A DNA stretch of 64,000 nt, taken from contig OZ024755.1 in the NCBI GenBank assembly GCA_964016885.1, positions 7,440,001-7,504,000 of the forward strand, written 5' to 3'. The notes below the pieces were generated by a model. It made no database searches. It was given only the letters and a program-made list of their open reading frames with translations, and was not told where the DNA came from. This DNA comes from Eledone cirrhosa. Lineage: Eukaryota. Of the stretch, positions 26,201 to 41,200 are shown piece by piece. Each line of letters opens with the position of its first letter. Positions within the stretch are counted from its first letter, which is position 1. A program made the position numbers and the translations under genes.

Positions 26201-29200
26201 GGTTGGTATAGGGAACGTTCAACTACGTAGTCAGTACTAATGTTCAACATGATAGCCGCTACATATGCCAACCCTCCAACCGTCCAGCCAGTCGTAATGG
26301 CGGTTGGTTGGTTGGGCGGTTGGTATAGGGAACGTTCAACTACGTAGTCAGTACTAATGTTCAACATGATAGCCAGTACATACGCCAGCCACCAAACCGG
26401 CCAGCCAGCCGTAATAGCGGTTGGTTGGTTGGTTGGGTGGTTGGTATAGAGAAAGTTCAACTACGTAGTCAGTACTAATGTTCAACATGATAGCCAGTGC
26501 ATATGCCAACCACCCAACCGGCCAGCCAGCCGTAATAGCGGTTGGTTGGTTGGTTGGGCGGTTGGTATAGGGAAAGTTCAACTACGTAGTCAGTACTAAT
26601 GTTCAACATGATAGCCAGTTCATATGCCAACCACCAAACCGGCCAGCCAGCCGTAATAGCGGTTGGTTGGTTGGTTGGGCGGTTGGTATAGGGAAAGTTC
26701 AACTACGTAGTCAGTACTAATGTTCAACATGATAGCCAGTACATATGCCAACCACCAAACCGACCAGCCAGCCGTAATAGCGCTTGGTTGGTTGGTTGGG
26801 CGGTTGGTATAGGGAAAGTTCAACTACGTAGTCAGTACTAATGTTCAACATGATAGCCAGTGCATATGCCAACCACCCAACCGGCAGCCAGCCTTAATAG
26901 CGGTTGGTTGGTTGGTTGGGCGGTTGGTATAGGGAAAGTTCAACTACGTAGTCAGTACTAATGTTCAACATGATAGCCAGTGCATATGCCAACCACCCAA
27001 CCGGCAGCCAGCCGTAATAGCGGTTGGTTGGTTGGTTGGGCGGTTGGTATAGGGAAAGTTCAACTACATCGTCAGTACTAATGTTCAACATGATAGCCAG
27101 TACATATGCCAACCACCAAACCGACCAGCCAGCCGTAATAGCGCTTGGTTGGTTGGTTGGGCGGTTGGTATAGGGAAAGTTCAACTACGTAGTCAGTACT
27201 AATGTTCAACATGATAGCCAGTGCATATGCCAACCACCCAACCGGCAGCCAGCCGTAATAGCGGTTGGTTGGTTGGTTGGGCGGTTGGTATAGGGAAAGT
27301 TCAACTACATAGTCAGTACTAATGTTCAACATGATAGCCAGTGCATATGCCAACCACCCAACCGGCCAGCCAGCCGTAATAGCGGTTAGTTGGTTGGTTG
27401 GGCGGTTGGTATAGGGAAAGTTCAACTACGTAGTCAGTACTAATGTTCAACATGATAGCCAGTACATATGCCAACCGGCCTGCCAGCCGTAATAGCGGTT
27501 GTTTGGTTGGTTGGTCGGTTGGTATAGAGAAACTTCGACTACGTAGTCGGTACTAATGTTCAACATGATAGCCAGTACTAATGTTCAACATGATAGCCAG
27601 TACATATGCCAACCACCAAATCGGCCAGCCAGCCGTAATAGCGGTTGTTTGGTTGGTTGGTCGGTTGGTATAGGGAAAGTTCAACTACGTAGTCAGTACT
27701 AATGTTCAACATGATAGCCAGTACATACGCCAACCACCCAACCGGCAGCCAGCCGTAATAGCGGTTGGTTGGTTGGTTGGGCGGTTGGTATAGGGAAAGT
27801 TCAACTACGTAGTCAGTACTAATGTTCAACATGATAGCCAGTACATACGCCAACCACCCAACCGGCAGCCAGCCGTAATAGCGGTTGGTTGGTTGGTTGG
27901 GCGGTTGGTATAGGGAAAGTTCAACTACGTAGTCAGTACTAATGTTCAACATAATAGCCAGTGCATATGCCAACCACCAAACCGGCCAGCCAGCCGTAAT
28001 AGCGGTTAGTTGGTTGGTTGGGCGGTTGGTATAGGGAACGTTCAACTACGTAGTCAGTACTAATGTTCAACATGATAGCCAGTGCATATGCCAACCAACC
28101 AATCGGCCAGCCAGTCGTAATAGCGGTTGGTTGGCTGGTTGGGCGGTTGGTATAGGGAACGTTCAACTACGTAGTCAGTACTAATGTTCAACATGATAGC
28201 CAGTACATATGCTAACCACCAAAACGGCCAGCCAGCCGTAATAGCGGTTGGTTGGGCGGTTGGGCGGTTGGTATAGGGAAAGTTCAACTACGTAATCAGT
28301 ACTAATGTTCAACATGATAGCCAGTACATATGCCAACCACCAAACTGGCCAGCCAGCCGTAATAGCGGTTGGTTGGTTGGTTGGGCGGTTGGTATAGGGA
28401 AAGTTCAACTACGTAATCAGTACTAATGTTCAACATGATAGCCAGTGCATATGCCAACCAACCAATCGGCCAGCCAGTCGTAATAGCGGTTGGTTGGCTG
28501 GTTGGGCGGTTGGTATAGGGAACGTTCAACTACGTAGTCAGTACTAATGTTCAACATGATAGCCAGTACATATGCTAACCACCAAACCGGCCAGCCAGCC
28601 GTAATAGCGGTTGGTTGGTTGGTTAGTCGGTTGGTATAGGGAAAGTTCAACTACGTAGTCAGTACTAATGTTCAACATGATAGCCAGCACATATGCCAAC
28701 CAACCAACCGGCCAGCCAGCCGTAATAGCGGTTAGTTGGTTGGTTGGGCGGTTGGTATAGGGAAAGTTCAACTACGTAGTCAGTACTAATGTTCAACATG
28801 ATAGCCAGTGCATATGCCAACCACCAAACCGGCCAGCCAGCCGTAATAGCGGTTAGTTGGTTGGTTGGGCGGTTGGTATAGGGAAAGTTCAACTACGTAG
28901 TCAGTACTAATGTTCAACATGATAGCCAGTGCATATGCCAACCACCAAACCGGCCAGCCAGCCGTAATAGCGGTTAGTTGGTTGGTTGGGCGGTTGGTAT
29001 AGGGAAAGTTCAACTACGTAGTCAGTACTAATGTTCAACATGATAGCCAGTGCATATGCCAACCACCAAACCGGCCAGCCAGCCGTAATAGCGGTTAGTT
29101 GGTTGGTTGGGCGGTTGGTATAGGGAAAGTTCAACTACGTAGTCAGTACTAATGTTCAACATGATAGCCAGTGCATATGCCAACCACCCAACCGGCAGCC

Positions 29201-32200
29201 AGCCGTAATGGCGTTTGGTTGGTTGGTTGGGCGGTTGGTATAGGGAAAGTTCAACTACGTAGTCAGTACTAATGTTCAACATGATAGCCAGTACATATGC
29301 CAACCACTAAACCGGCCTGCCAGCCGTAATAGCGGCTGGTTGGCTGGTTGGGCGGTTGGTATAGGGAAAGTTCAACTACGTAGTCAGTACTAATGTTCAA
29401 CATAATAGCCAGTACATACGCCAACCAACCAACCGGCCTGCCAGCCGTAATAGCGGTTCGTTGGTTGGTTGGGTGGTTGGTATAGGGAAAGTTCAACTAC
29501 GTAGTCAGTACTAATGTTCAACATGATAGCCAGTACATATGCCAACCACCCAACCGGCCAGCCAGCCGTAATAGCGGTTGGTTGGTTGGTTGGGCGGTTG
29601 GTATAGGGAAAGTTCAACTACGTAGTCAGTACTAATGTTCAACATGATAGCCAGTACATATGCCAACCACCCAACCGGCCAGCCAGCCGTAATAGCGGTT
29701 GGTTGGTTGGTTGGGTGGTTGGTATAGGGAAAGTTCAACTACGTAGTCAGTACTAATGTTCAACCTGATAGCCAGTACATATGCCAACCACCCAACCGGC
29801 CAGCCAGCCGTAATAGCGGTTGGTTGGTTGGTTGGTTGGTTGGGCGGTTGGTATAGGGAAAGTTCAACTACGTAGTCGGTACTAATGTTCAACATGATAG
29901 CCAATACATACGCCAACCACCCAACCGGCCTGCCAGCCGTAATAGCGGTTCGTTGGTTGGTTGGTTGGGCGGTTGGTATATGGGAAGTTCAACTACGTAG
30001 TCAGTACTAATGTTCAACATGATAGCCAGTGCATATGCCAACCACCCAACCGGCCAGCCAGCCGTAATAGCGGTTGGTTGGTTGGTTGGGCGGTTGGTAT
30101 AGGGAAAGTTCAACTACGTAGTGAGTATTAATGTTCAACATGATAGCCAGTACATATGCCAACCACCAAAGCAACCAGCCAGCCGTAATAGCGGTTGGTT
30201 GGTTGGTTGGGCGGTTGGTATAGGGAACGTTCAACTACGTAATCAGTACTAATGTTCAACATGATAGCCAGTACATACGCCAACCAACCAACCGGCCAGC
30301 CAGTCGTAATAGCGGTGCATTGGTTGGTTGGGTGGTTGGTATAGGGAAAGTTCAAGTACGTAGTCAGTACTAATGTTCAACATGATAGCCAATACATACG
30401 CCAACCAACCAACCGGCCAGCCAGTCGTAATAGCGGTTGGTTGGTTGGTTGGGCGGTTGGTATAGGGAAAGTTCAACTACGTAATCAGTACTAATGTTCA
30501 ACATGATAGCCAGTACATACGCCAACCAACCAACCGGCCAGCCAGTCGTAATAGCGGTTGGTTGGTTGGTTGGGCGGTTGGTATAGGGAAAGTTCAACTA
30601 CGTAATCAGTACTAATGTTCAACATGATAGCCAGTACATACGCCAACCAACCAACCGGCCAGCCAGCCGTAATAGCGGTTGGTTGGTTGGTTGGGCGGTT
30701 GGTATAGGGAAAGTTCAACTACGTAATCAGTACTAATGTTCAACATGATAGCCAGTACATATGCCAACCACCAAACTGGCCAGCCAGGCTTAATAGCGGT
30801 TGGTTGGTTGGTTGGGCGGTTGGTATAGGGAAAGTTCAACTACGTAGTCAGTACTAATGTTCAACATGATAGCCGCTACATATGCCAACCCTCCAACCGT
30901 CCAGCCAGTCGTAATGGCGGTTGGTTGGTTGGGCGGTTGGTATAGGGAACGTTCAACTACGTAGTCAGTACTAATGTTCAACATGATAGCCGCTACATAT
31001 GCCAACCCTCCAACCGTCCAGCCAGTCGTAATGGCGGTTGGTTGGTTGGGCGGTTGGTATAGGGAACGTTCAACTACGTAGTCAGTACTAATGTTCAACA
31101 TGATAGCCAGTACATACGCCAGCCACCAAACCGGCCAGCCAGCCGTAATAGCGGTTGGTTGGTTGGTTGGGTGGTTGGTATAGAGAAAGTTCAACTACGT
31201 AGTCAGTACTAATGTTCAACATGATAGCCAGTGCATATGCCAACCACCCAACCGGCAAGCCAGCCGTAATAGCGGTTGGTTGGTTGGTTGGGCGGTTGGT
31301 ATAGGGAAAGTTCAACTACGTAGTCAGTACTAATGTTCAACATGATAGCCAGTTCATATGCCAACCACCAAACCGGCCAGCCAGCCGTAATAGCGGTTGG
31401 TTGGTTGGTTGGGCGGTTGGTATAGGGAAAGTTCAACTACGTAGTCAGTACTAATGTTCAACATGATAGCCAGTACATATGCCAACCACCAAACCGACCA
31501 GCCAGCCGTAATAGCGCTTGGTTGGTTGGTTGGGCGGTTGGTATAGGGAAAGTTCAACTACGTAGTCAGTACTAATGTTCAACATGATAGCCAGTGCATA
31601 TGCCAACCACCCAACCGGCAGCCAGCCTTAATAGCGGTTGGTTGGTTGGTTGGGCGGTTGGTATAGGGAAAGTTCAACTACGTAGTCAGTACTAATGTTC
31701 AACATGATAGCCAGTGCATATGCCAACCACCCAACCGGCAGCCAGCCGTAATAGCGGTTGGTTGGTTGGTTGGGCGGTTGGTATAGGGAAAGTTCAACTA
31801 CATCGTCAGTACTAATGTTCAACATGATAGCCAGTACATATGCCAACCACCAAACCGACCAGCCAGCCGTAATAGCGCTTGGTTGGTTGGTTGGGCGGTT
31901 GGTATAGGGAAAGTTCAACTACGTAGTCAGTACTAATGTTCAACATGATAGCCAGTGCATATGCCAACCACCCAACCGGCAGCCAGCCGTAATAGCGGTT
32001 GGTTGGTTGGTTGGGCGGTTGGTATAGGGAAAGTTCAACTACATAGTCAGTACTAATGTTCAACATGATAGCCAGTGCATATGCCAACCACCCAACCGGC
32101 CAGCCAGCCGTAATAGCGGTTAGTTGGTTGGTTGGGCGGTTGGTATAGGGAAAGTTCAACTACGTAGTCAGTACTAATGTTCAACATGATAGCCAGTACA

Positions 32201-35200
32201 TATGCCAACCGGCCTGCCAGCCGTAATAGCGGTTGTTTGGTTGGTTGGTCGGTTGGTATAGAGAAACTTCGACTACGTAGTCGGTACTAATGTTCAACAT
32301 GATAGCCAGTACTAATGTTCAACATGATAGCCAGTACATATGCCAACCACCAAATCGGCCAGCCAGCCGTAATAGCGGTTGTTTGGTTGGTTGGTCGGTT
32401 GGTATAGGGAAAGTTCAACTACGTAGTCAGTACTAATGTTCAACATGATAGCCAGTACATACGCCAACCACCCAACCGGCAGCCAGCCGTAATAGCGGTT
32501 GGTTGGTTGGTTGGGCGGTTGGTATAGGGAAAGTTCAACTACGTAGTCAGTACTAATGTTCAACATGATAGCCAGTACATACGCCAACCACCCAACCGGC
32601 AGCCAGCCGTAATAGCGGTTGGTTGGTTGGTTGGGCGGTTGGTATAGGGAAAGTTCAACTACGTAGTCAGTACTAATGTTCAACATAATAGCCAGTGCAT
32701 ATGCCAACCACCAAACCGGCCAGCCAGCCGTAATAGCGGTTAGTTGGTTGGTTGGGCGGTTGGTATAGGGAACGTTCAACTACGTAGTCAGTACTAATGT
32801 TCAACATGATAGCCAGTGCATATGCCAACCAACCAATCGGCCAGCCAGTCGTAATAGCGGTTGGTTGGCTGGTTGGGCGGTTGGTATAGGGAACGTTCAA
32901 CTACGTAGTCAGTACTAATGTTCAACATGATAGCCAGTACATATGCTAACCACCAAAACGGCCAGCCAGCCGTAATAGCGGTTGGTTGGGCGGTTGGGCG
33001 GTTGGTATAGGGAAAGTTCAACTACGTAATCAGTACTAATGTTCAACATGATAGCCAGTACATATGCCAACCACCAAACCGGCCTGCCAGCCGTAATAGC
33101 GGTTGGTTGGCGGGTTGGTCGGTTGGTATAGGGAAGGTTCAACTACGTAGTCAGTACTAATGTTCAACATGATAGCCAGTACATATGCCAACCACCCAAC
33201 CGGCCAGCCAGCCGTAATAGCGGTTGGTTGGTTGGTTAGGCGGTTGGTATAGGGAAAGTTCAACTACGTAGTCAGTACTAATGTTCAACATGATAGCCAG
33301 TACATATGCCAACCACCCAACCGGCCAGCCAGCCGTAATAGCGGTTGGTTGGTTGGTTGGGCGGTTGGTATAGGGAAAGTTCAACTACGTAGTCAGTACT
33401 AATGTTCAACATGATAGCCAGTACATATGCCAACCACCAAACCGGCCAGCCAGCCGTAATAGCGGTTGGTTGGCTGGTTGGTCGGTTGGTATAGGGAAGG
33501 TTCAACTACGTAGTCAGTACTAATGTTCAACATGATAGCCAGTACATATGCCAACCAACCAACCGGCCTGCCAGCCGTAATAGCGGTTGGTTGGTTGGTT
33601 GGGCGGTTGGTATAGGGAAAGTTCAACTACGTAGTCAGTACTAATGTTCAACATGATAGCCAGTACATATGCCAACCACCCAACCGGCCAGCCAGCCGTA
33701 ATAGCGGTTGGTTGGTTGGTTAGGCGGTTGGTATAGGGAAAGTTCAACTACGTAGTCAGTACTAATGTTCAACATGATAGCCAGTACATATGCCAACCAC
33801 CCAACCGGCCAGCCAGCCGTAATAGCGGTTGGTTGGTTGGTTGGGCGGTTGGTATAGGGAAAGTTCAACTACGTAGTCAGTACTAATGTTCAACATGATA
33901 GCCAGTACATATGCCAACCACCCAACCGGCCAGCCAGCCGTAATAGCGGTTGGTTGGTGGGTTGGGCGGTTGGTATAGGGAAAGTTCAACTACGTAGTCA
34001 GTACTAATGTTCAACATGATAGCCAGTACATATGCCACCCACCAAACCGGCCTGCCAGCCGTAATAGCGGTTGGTTGGCGGGTTGGTCGGTTGGTATAGG
34101 GAAGGTTCAACTACGTAGTCAGTACTAATGTTCAACATGATAGCCAGTACATATGCCAACCACCCAACCGGCCAGCCAGCCGTAATAGCGGTTGGTTGGT
34201 TGGTTAGGCGGTTGGTATAGGGAAAGTTCAACTACGTAGTCAGTACTAATGTTCAACATGATAGCCAGTACATATGCCAACCACCCAACCGGCCAGCCAG
34301 CCGTAATAGCGGTTGGTTGGTTGGTTGGGCGGTTGGTATAGGGAAAGTTCAACTACGTAGTCAGTACTAATGTTCAACATGATAGCCAGTACATATGCCA
34401 ACCACCAAACCGGCCAGCCAGCCGTAATAGCGGTTGGTTGGCTGGTTGGTCGGTTGGTATAGGGAAGGTTCAACTACGTAGTCAGTACTAATGTTCAACA
34501 TGATAGCCAGTACATATGCCAACCAACCAACCGGCCTGCCAGCCGTAATAGCGGTTGGTTGGTTGGTTGGGCGGTTGGTATAGGGAAAGTTCAACTACGT
34601 AGTCAGTACTAATGTTCAACATGATAGCCAGTACATATGCCAACCACCCAACCGGCCAGCCAGCCGTAATAGCGGTTGGTTGGTTGGTTAGGCGGTTGGT
34701 ATAGGGAAAGTTCAACTACGTAGTCAGTACTAATGTTCAACATGATAGCCAGTACATATGCCAACCACCCAACCGGCCAGCCAGCCGTAATAGCGGTTGG
34801 TTGGTTGGTTGGGCGGTTGGTATAGGGAAAGTTCAACTACGTAGTCAGTACTAATGTTCAACATGATAGCCAGTACATATGCCAACCACCAAACCGGCCA
34901 GCCAGCCGTAATAGCGGTTGGTTGGCTGGTTGGTCGGTTGGTATAGGGAAGGTTCAACTACGTAGTCAGTACTAATGTTCAACATGATAGCCAGTACATA
35001 TGCCAACCAACCAACCGGCCTGCCAGCCGTAATAGCGGTTGGTTGGTTGGTTGGGCGGTTGGTATAGGGAAAGTTCAACTACGTAGTCAGTACTAATGTT
35101 CAACATGATAGCCAGTACATATGCCAACCACCAAACCGGCCAGCCAGCCGTAATAGCGGTTGGTTGGTGGGTTGGGCGGTTGGTATAGGGAAAGTTCAAC

Positions 35201-38200
35201 TACGTAGTCAGTACTAATGTTCAACATGATAGCCAGTACATATGCCAACCACCAAACCGGCCAGCCAGCCGTAATAGCGGTTGGTTGGCTGGTTGGTCGG
35301 TTGGTATAGGGAAGGTTCAACTACGTAGTCAGTACTAATGTTCAACATGATAGCCAGTACATATGCCAACCACCCAACCGGCCAGCCAGCCGTAATAGCG
35401 GTTGGTTGGTGGGTTGGGCGGTTGGTATAGGGAAAGTTCAACTACGTAGTCAGTACTAATGTTCAACATGATAGCCAGTACATATGCCAACCACCAAACC
35501 GGCCAGCCAGCCGTAATAGCGGTTGGTTGGTGGGTTGGGCGGTTGGTATAGGGAAAGTTCAACTACGTAGTCAGTACTAATGTTCAACATGATAGCCAGT
35601 ACATATGCCAACCACCCAACCGGCCAGCCAGCCGTAATAGCGGTTGGTTGGTGGGTTGGGCGGTTGGTATAGGGAAAGTTCAACTACGTAGTCAGTACTA
35701 ATGTTCAACATGATAGCCAGTACATATGCCACCCACCAAACCGGCCTGCCAGCCGTAATAGCGGTTGGTTGGCGGGTTGGTCGGTTGGTATAGGGAAGGT
35801 TCAACTACGTAGTCAGTACTAATGTTCAACATGATAGCCAGTACATATGCCAACCAACCAACCGGCCTGCCAGCCGTAATAGCGGTTGGTTGGTTGGTTG
35901 GGCGGTTGGTATAGGGAAAGTTCAACTACGTAGTCAGTACTAATGTTCAACATGATAGCCAGTACATATGCCAACCACCAAACCGGCCTGCCAGCCGTAA
36001 TAGCGGTTGGTTGGCGGGTTGGTCGGTTGGTATAGGGAAGGTTCAACTACGTAGTCAGTACTAATGTTCAACATGATAGCCAGTACATATGCCAACCACC
36101 CAACCGGCCAGCCAGCCGTAATAGCGGTTGGTTGGTTGGTTGGGCGGTTGGTATAGGGAAAGTTCAACTACGTAGTCAGTACTAATGTTCAACATGATAG
36201 CCAGTACATATGCCAACCACCCAACCGGCCAGCCAGCCGTAATAGCGGTTGGTTGGTTGGTTGGGTGGTTGGTATAGGGAAAGTTCAACTACGTAGTCAG
36301 TACTAATGTTCAACCTGATAGCCAGTACATATGCCAACCACCCAACCGGCCAGCCAGCCGTAATAGCGGTTGGTTGGTTGGTTGGTTGGTTGGTTGGGCG
36401 GTTGGTATAGGGAAAGTTCAACTACGTAGTCGGTACTAATGTTCAACATGATAGCCAATACATACGCCAACCACCCAACCGGCCTGCCAGCCGTAATAGC
36501 GGTTCGTTGGTTGGTTGGTTGGGCGGTTGGTATATGGAAAGTTCAACTACGTAGTCAGTACTAATGTTCAACATGATAGCCAGTGCATATGCCAACCACC
36601 CAACCGGCCAGCCAGCCGTAATAGCGGTTGGTTGGTTGGTTGGGCGGTTGGTATAGGGAAAGTTCAACTACGTAGTGAGTATTAATGTTCAACATGATAG
36701 CCAGTACATATGCCAACCACCAAACCGACCAGCCAGCCGTAATAGCGGTTGGTTGGTTGGTTGGGCGGTTGGTATAGGGAACGTTCAACTACGTAATCAG
36801 TACTAATGTTCAACATGATAGCCAGTACATACGCCAACCAACCAACCGGCCAGCCAGTCGTAATAGCGGTGCATTGGTTGGTTGGGTGGTTGGTATAGGG
36901 AAAGTTCAAGTACGTAGTCAGTACTAATGTTCAACATGATAGCCAATACATACGCCAACCACCCAACCGGCCTGCCAGCCGTAATAGCGGTTCGTTGGTT
37001 GGTTGGTTGGGCGGTTGGTATATGGAAAGTTCAACTACGTAGTCAGTACTAATGTTCAACATGATAGCCAGTGCATATGCCAACCACCCAACCGGCCAGC
37101 CAGCCGTAATAGCGGTTGGTTGGTTGGTTGGGCGGTTGGTATAGGGAAAGTTCAACTACGTAGTGAGTATTAATGTTCAACATGATAGCCAGTACATATG
37201 CCAACCACCAAAGCAACCAGCCAGCCGTAATAGCGGTTGGTTGGTTGGTTGGGCGGTTGGTATAGGGAACGTTCAACTACGTAATCAGTACTAATGTTCA
37301 ACATGATAGCCAGTACATACGCCAACCAACCAACCGGCCAGCCAGTCGTAATAGCGGTGCATTGGTTGGTTGGGTGGTTGGTATAGGGAAAGTTCAAGTA
37401 CGTAGTCAGTACTAATGTTCAACATGATAGCCAATACATACGCCAACCAACCAACCGGCCAGCCAGTCGTAATAGCGGTTGGTTGGTTGGTTGGGCGGTT
37501 GGTATAGGGAAAGTTCAACTACGTAATCAGTACTAATGTTCAACATGATAGCCAGTACATACGCCAACCAACCAACCGGCCAGCCAGTCGTAATAGCGGT
37601 TGGTTGGTTGGTTGGGCGGTTGGTATAGGGAAAGTTCAACTACGTAATCAGTACTAATGTTCAACATGATAGCCAGTACATACGCCAACCAACCAACCGG
37701 CCAGCCAGCCGTAATAGCGGTTGGTTGGTTGGTTGGGCGGTTGGTATAGGGAAAGTTCAACTACGTAATCAGTACTAATGTTCAACATGATAGCCAGTAC
37801 ATATGCCAACCACCAAACTGGCCAGCCAGGCTTAATAGCGGTTGGTTGGTTGGTTGGGCGGTTGGTATAGGGAAAGTTCAACTACGTAGTCAGTACTAAT
37901 GTTCAACATGATAGCCGCTACATATGCCAACCCTCCAACCGTCCAGCCAGTCGTAATGGCGGTTGGTTGGTTGGGCGGTTGGTATAGGGAACGTTCAACT
38001 ACGTAGTCAGTACTAATGTTCAACATGATAGCCGCTACATATGCCAACCCTCCAACCGTCCAGCCAGTCGTAATGGCGGTTGGTTGGTTGGGCGGTTGGT
38101 ATAGGGAACGTTCAACTACGTAGTCAGTACTAATGTTCAACATGATAGCCAGTACATACGCCAGCCACCAAACCGGCCAGCCAGCCGTAATAGCGGTTGG

Positions 38201-41200
38201 TTGGTTGGTTGGGTGGTTGGTATAGAGAAAGTTCAACTACGTAGTCAGTACTAATGTTCAACATGATAGCCAGTGCATATGCCAACCACCCAACCGGCCA
38301 GCCAGCCGTAATAGCGGTTGGTTGGTTGGTTGGGCGGTTGGTATAGGGAAAGTTCAACTACGTAGTCAGTACTAATGTTCAACATGATAGCCAGTTCATA
38401 TGCCAACCACCAAACCGGCCAGCCAGCCGTAATAGCGGTTGGTTGGTTGGTTGGGCGGTTGGTATAGGGAAAGTTCAACTACGTAGTCAGTACTAATGTT
38501 CAACATGATAGCCAGTACATATGCCAACCACCAAACCGACCAGCCAGCCGTAATAGCGCTTGGTTGGTTGGTTGGGCGGTTGGTATAGGGAAAGTTCAAC
38601 TACGTAGTCAGTACTAATGTTCAACATGATAGCCAGTGCATATGCCAACCACCCAACCGGCAGCCAGCCTTAATAGCGGTTGGTTGGTTGGTTGGGCGGT
38701 TGGTATAGGGAAAGTTCAACTACGTAGTCAGTACTAATGTTCAACATGATAGCCAGTGCATATGCCAACCACCCAACCGGCAGCCAGCCGTAATAGCGGT
38801 TGGTTGGTTGGTTGGGCGGTTGGTATAGGGAAAGTTCAACTACATCGTCAGTACTAATGTTCAACATGATAGCCAGTACATATGCCAACCACCAAACCGA
38901 CCAGCCAGCCGTAATAGCGCTTGGTTGGTTGGTTGGGCGGTTGGTATAGGGAAAGTTCAACTACGTAGTCAGTACTAATGTTCAACATGATAGCCAGTGC
39001 ATATGCCAACCACCCAACCGGCAGCCAGCCGTAATAGCGGTTGGTTGGTTGGTTGGGCGGTTGGTATAGGGAAAGTTCAACTACATAGTCAGTACTAATG
39101 TTCAACATGATAGCCAGTGCATATGCCAACCACCCAACCGGCCAGCCAGCCGTAATAGCGGTTAGTTGGTTGGTTGGGCGGTTGGTATAGGGAAAGTTCA
39201 ACTACGTAGTCAGTACTAATGTTCAACATGATAGCCAGTACATATGCCAACCGGCCTGCCAGCCGTAATAGCGGTTGTTTGGTTGGTTGGTCGGTTGGTA
39301 TAGAGAAACTTCGACTACGTAGTCGGTACTAATGTTCAACATGATAGCCAGTACTAATGTTCAACATGATAGCCAGTACATATGCCAACCACCAAATCGG
39401 CCAGCCAGCCGTAATAGCGGTTGTTTGGTTGGTTGGTCGGTTGGTATAGGGAAAGTTCAACTACGTAGTCAGTACTAATGTTCAACATGATAGCCAGTAC
39501 ATACGCCAACCACCCAACCGGCAGCCAGCCGTAATAGCGGTTGGTTGGTTGGTTGGGCGGTTGGTATAGGGAAAGTTCAACTACGTAGTCAGTACTAATG
39601 TTCAACATGATAGCCAGTACATACGCCAACCACCCAACCGGCAGCCAGCCGTAATAGCGGTTGGTTGGTTGGTTGGGCGGTTGGTATAGGGAAAGTTCAA
39701 CTACGTAGTCAGTACTAATGTTCAACATAATAGCCAGTGCATATGCCAACCACCAAACCGGCCAGCCAGCCGTAATAGCGGTTAGTTGGTTGGTTGGGCG
39801 GTTGGTATAGGGAACGTTCAACTACGTAGTCAGTACTAATGTTCAACATGATAGCCAGTGCATATGCCAACCAACCAATCGGCCAGCCAGTCGTAATAGC
39901 GGTTGGTTGGCTGGTTGGGCGGTTGGTATAGGGAACGTTCAACTACGTAGTCAGTACTAATGTTCAACATGATAGCCAGTACATATGCTAACCACCAAAA
40001 CGGCCAGCCAGCCGTAATAGCGGTTGGTTGGGCGGTTGGGCGGTTGGTATAGGGAAAGTTCAACTACGTAATCAGTACTAATGTTCAACATGATAGCCAG
40101 TACATATGCCAACCACCAAACTGGCCAGCCAGCCGTAATAGCGGTTGGTTGGTTGGTTGGGCGGTTGGTATAGGGAAAGTTCAACTACGTAATCAGTACT
40201 AATGTTCAACATGATAGCCAGTGCATATGCCAACCAACCAATCGGCCAGCCAGTCGTAATAGCGGTTGGTTGGCTGGTTGGGCGGTTGGTATAGGGAACG
40301 TTCAACTACGTAGTCAGTACTAATGTTCAACATGATAGCCAGTACATATGCTAACCACCAAACCGGCCAGCCAGCCGTAATAGCGGTTGGTTGGTTGGTT
40401 AGTCGGTTGGTATAGGGAAAGTTCAACTACGTAGTCAGTACTAATGTTCAACATGATAGCCAGCACATATGCCAACCAACCAACCGGCCAGCCAGCCGTA
40501 ATAGCGGTTAGTTGGTTGGTTGGGCGGTTGGTATAGGGAAAGTTCAACTACGTAGTCAGTACTAATGTTCAACATGATAGCCAGTGCATATGCCAACCAC
40601 CAAACCGGCCAGCCAGCCGTAATAGCGGTTAGTTGGTTGGTTGGGCGGTTGGTATAGGGAAAGTTCAACTACGTAGTCAGTACTAATGTTCAACATGATA
40701 GCCAGTGCATATGCCAACCACCAAACCGGCCAGCCAGCCGTAATAGCGGTTAGTTGGTTGGTTGGGCGGTTGGTATAGGGAAAGTTCAACTACGTAGTCA
40801 GTACTAATGTTCAACATGATAGCCAGTGCATATGCCAACCACCAAACCGGCCAGCCAGCCGTAATAGCGGTTAGTTGGTTGGTTGGGCGGTTGGTATAGG
40901 GAAAGTTCAACTACGTAGTCAGTACTAATGTTCAACATGATAGCCAGTGCATATGCCAACCACCCAACCGGCAGCCAGCCGTAATGGCGTTTGGTTGGTT
41001 GGTTGGGCGGTTGGTATAGGGAAAGTTCAACTACGTAGTCAGTACTAATGTTCAACATGATAGCCAGTACATATGCCAACCACTAAACCGGCCTGCCAGC
41101 CGTAATAGCGGCTGGTTGGCTGGTTGGGCGGTTGGTATAGGGAAAGTTCAACTACGTAGTCAGTACTAATGTTCAACATAATAGCCAGTACATACGCCAA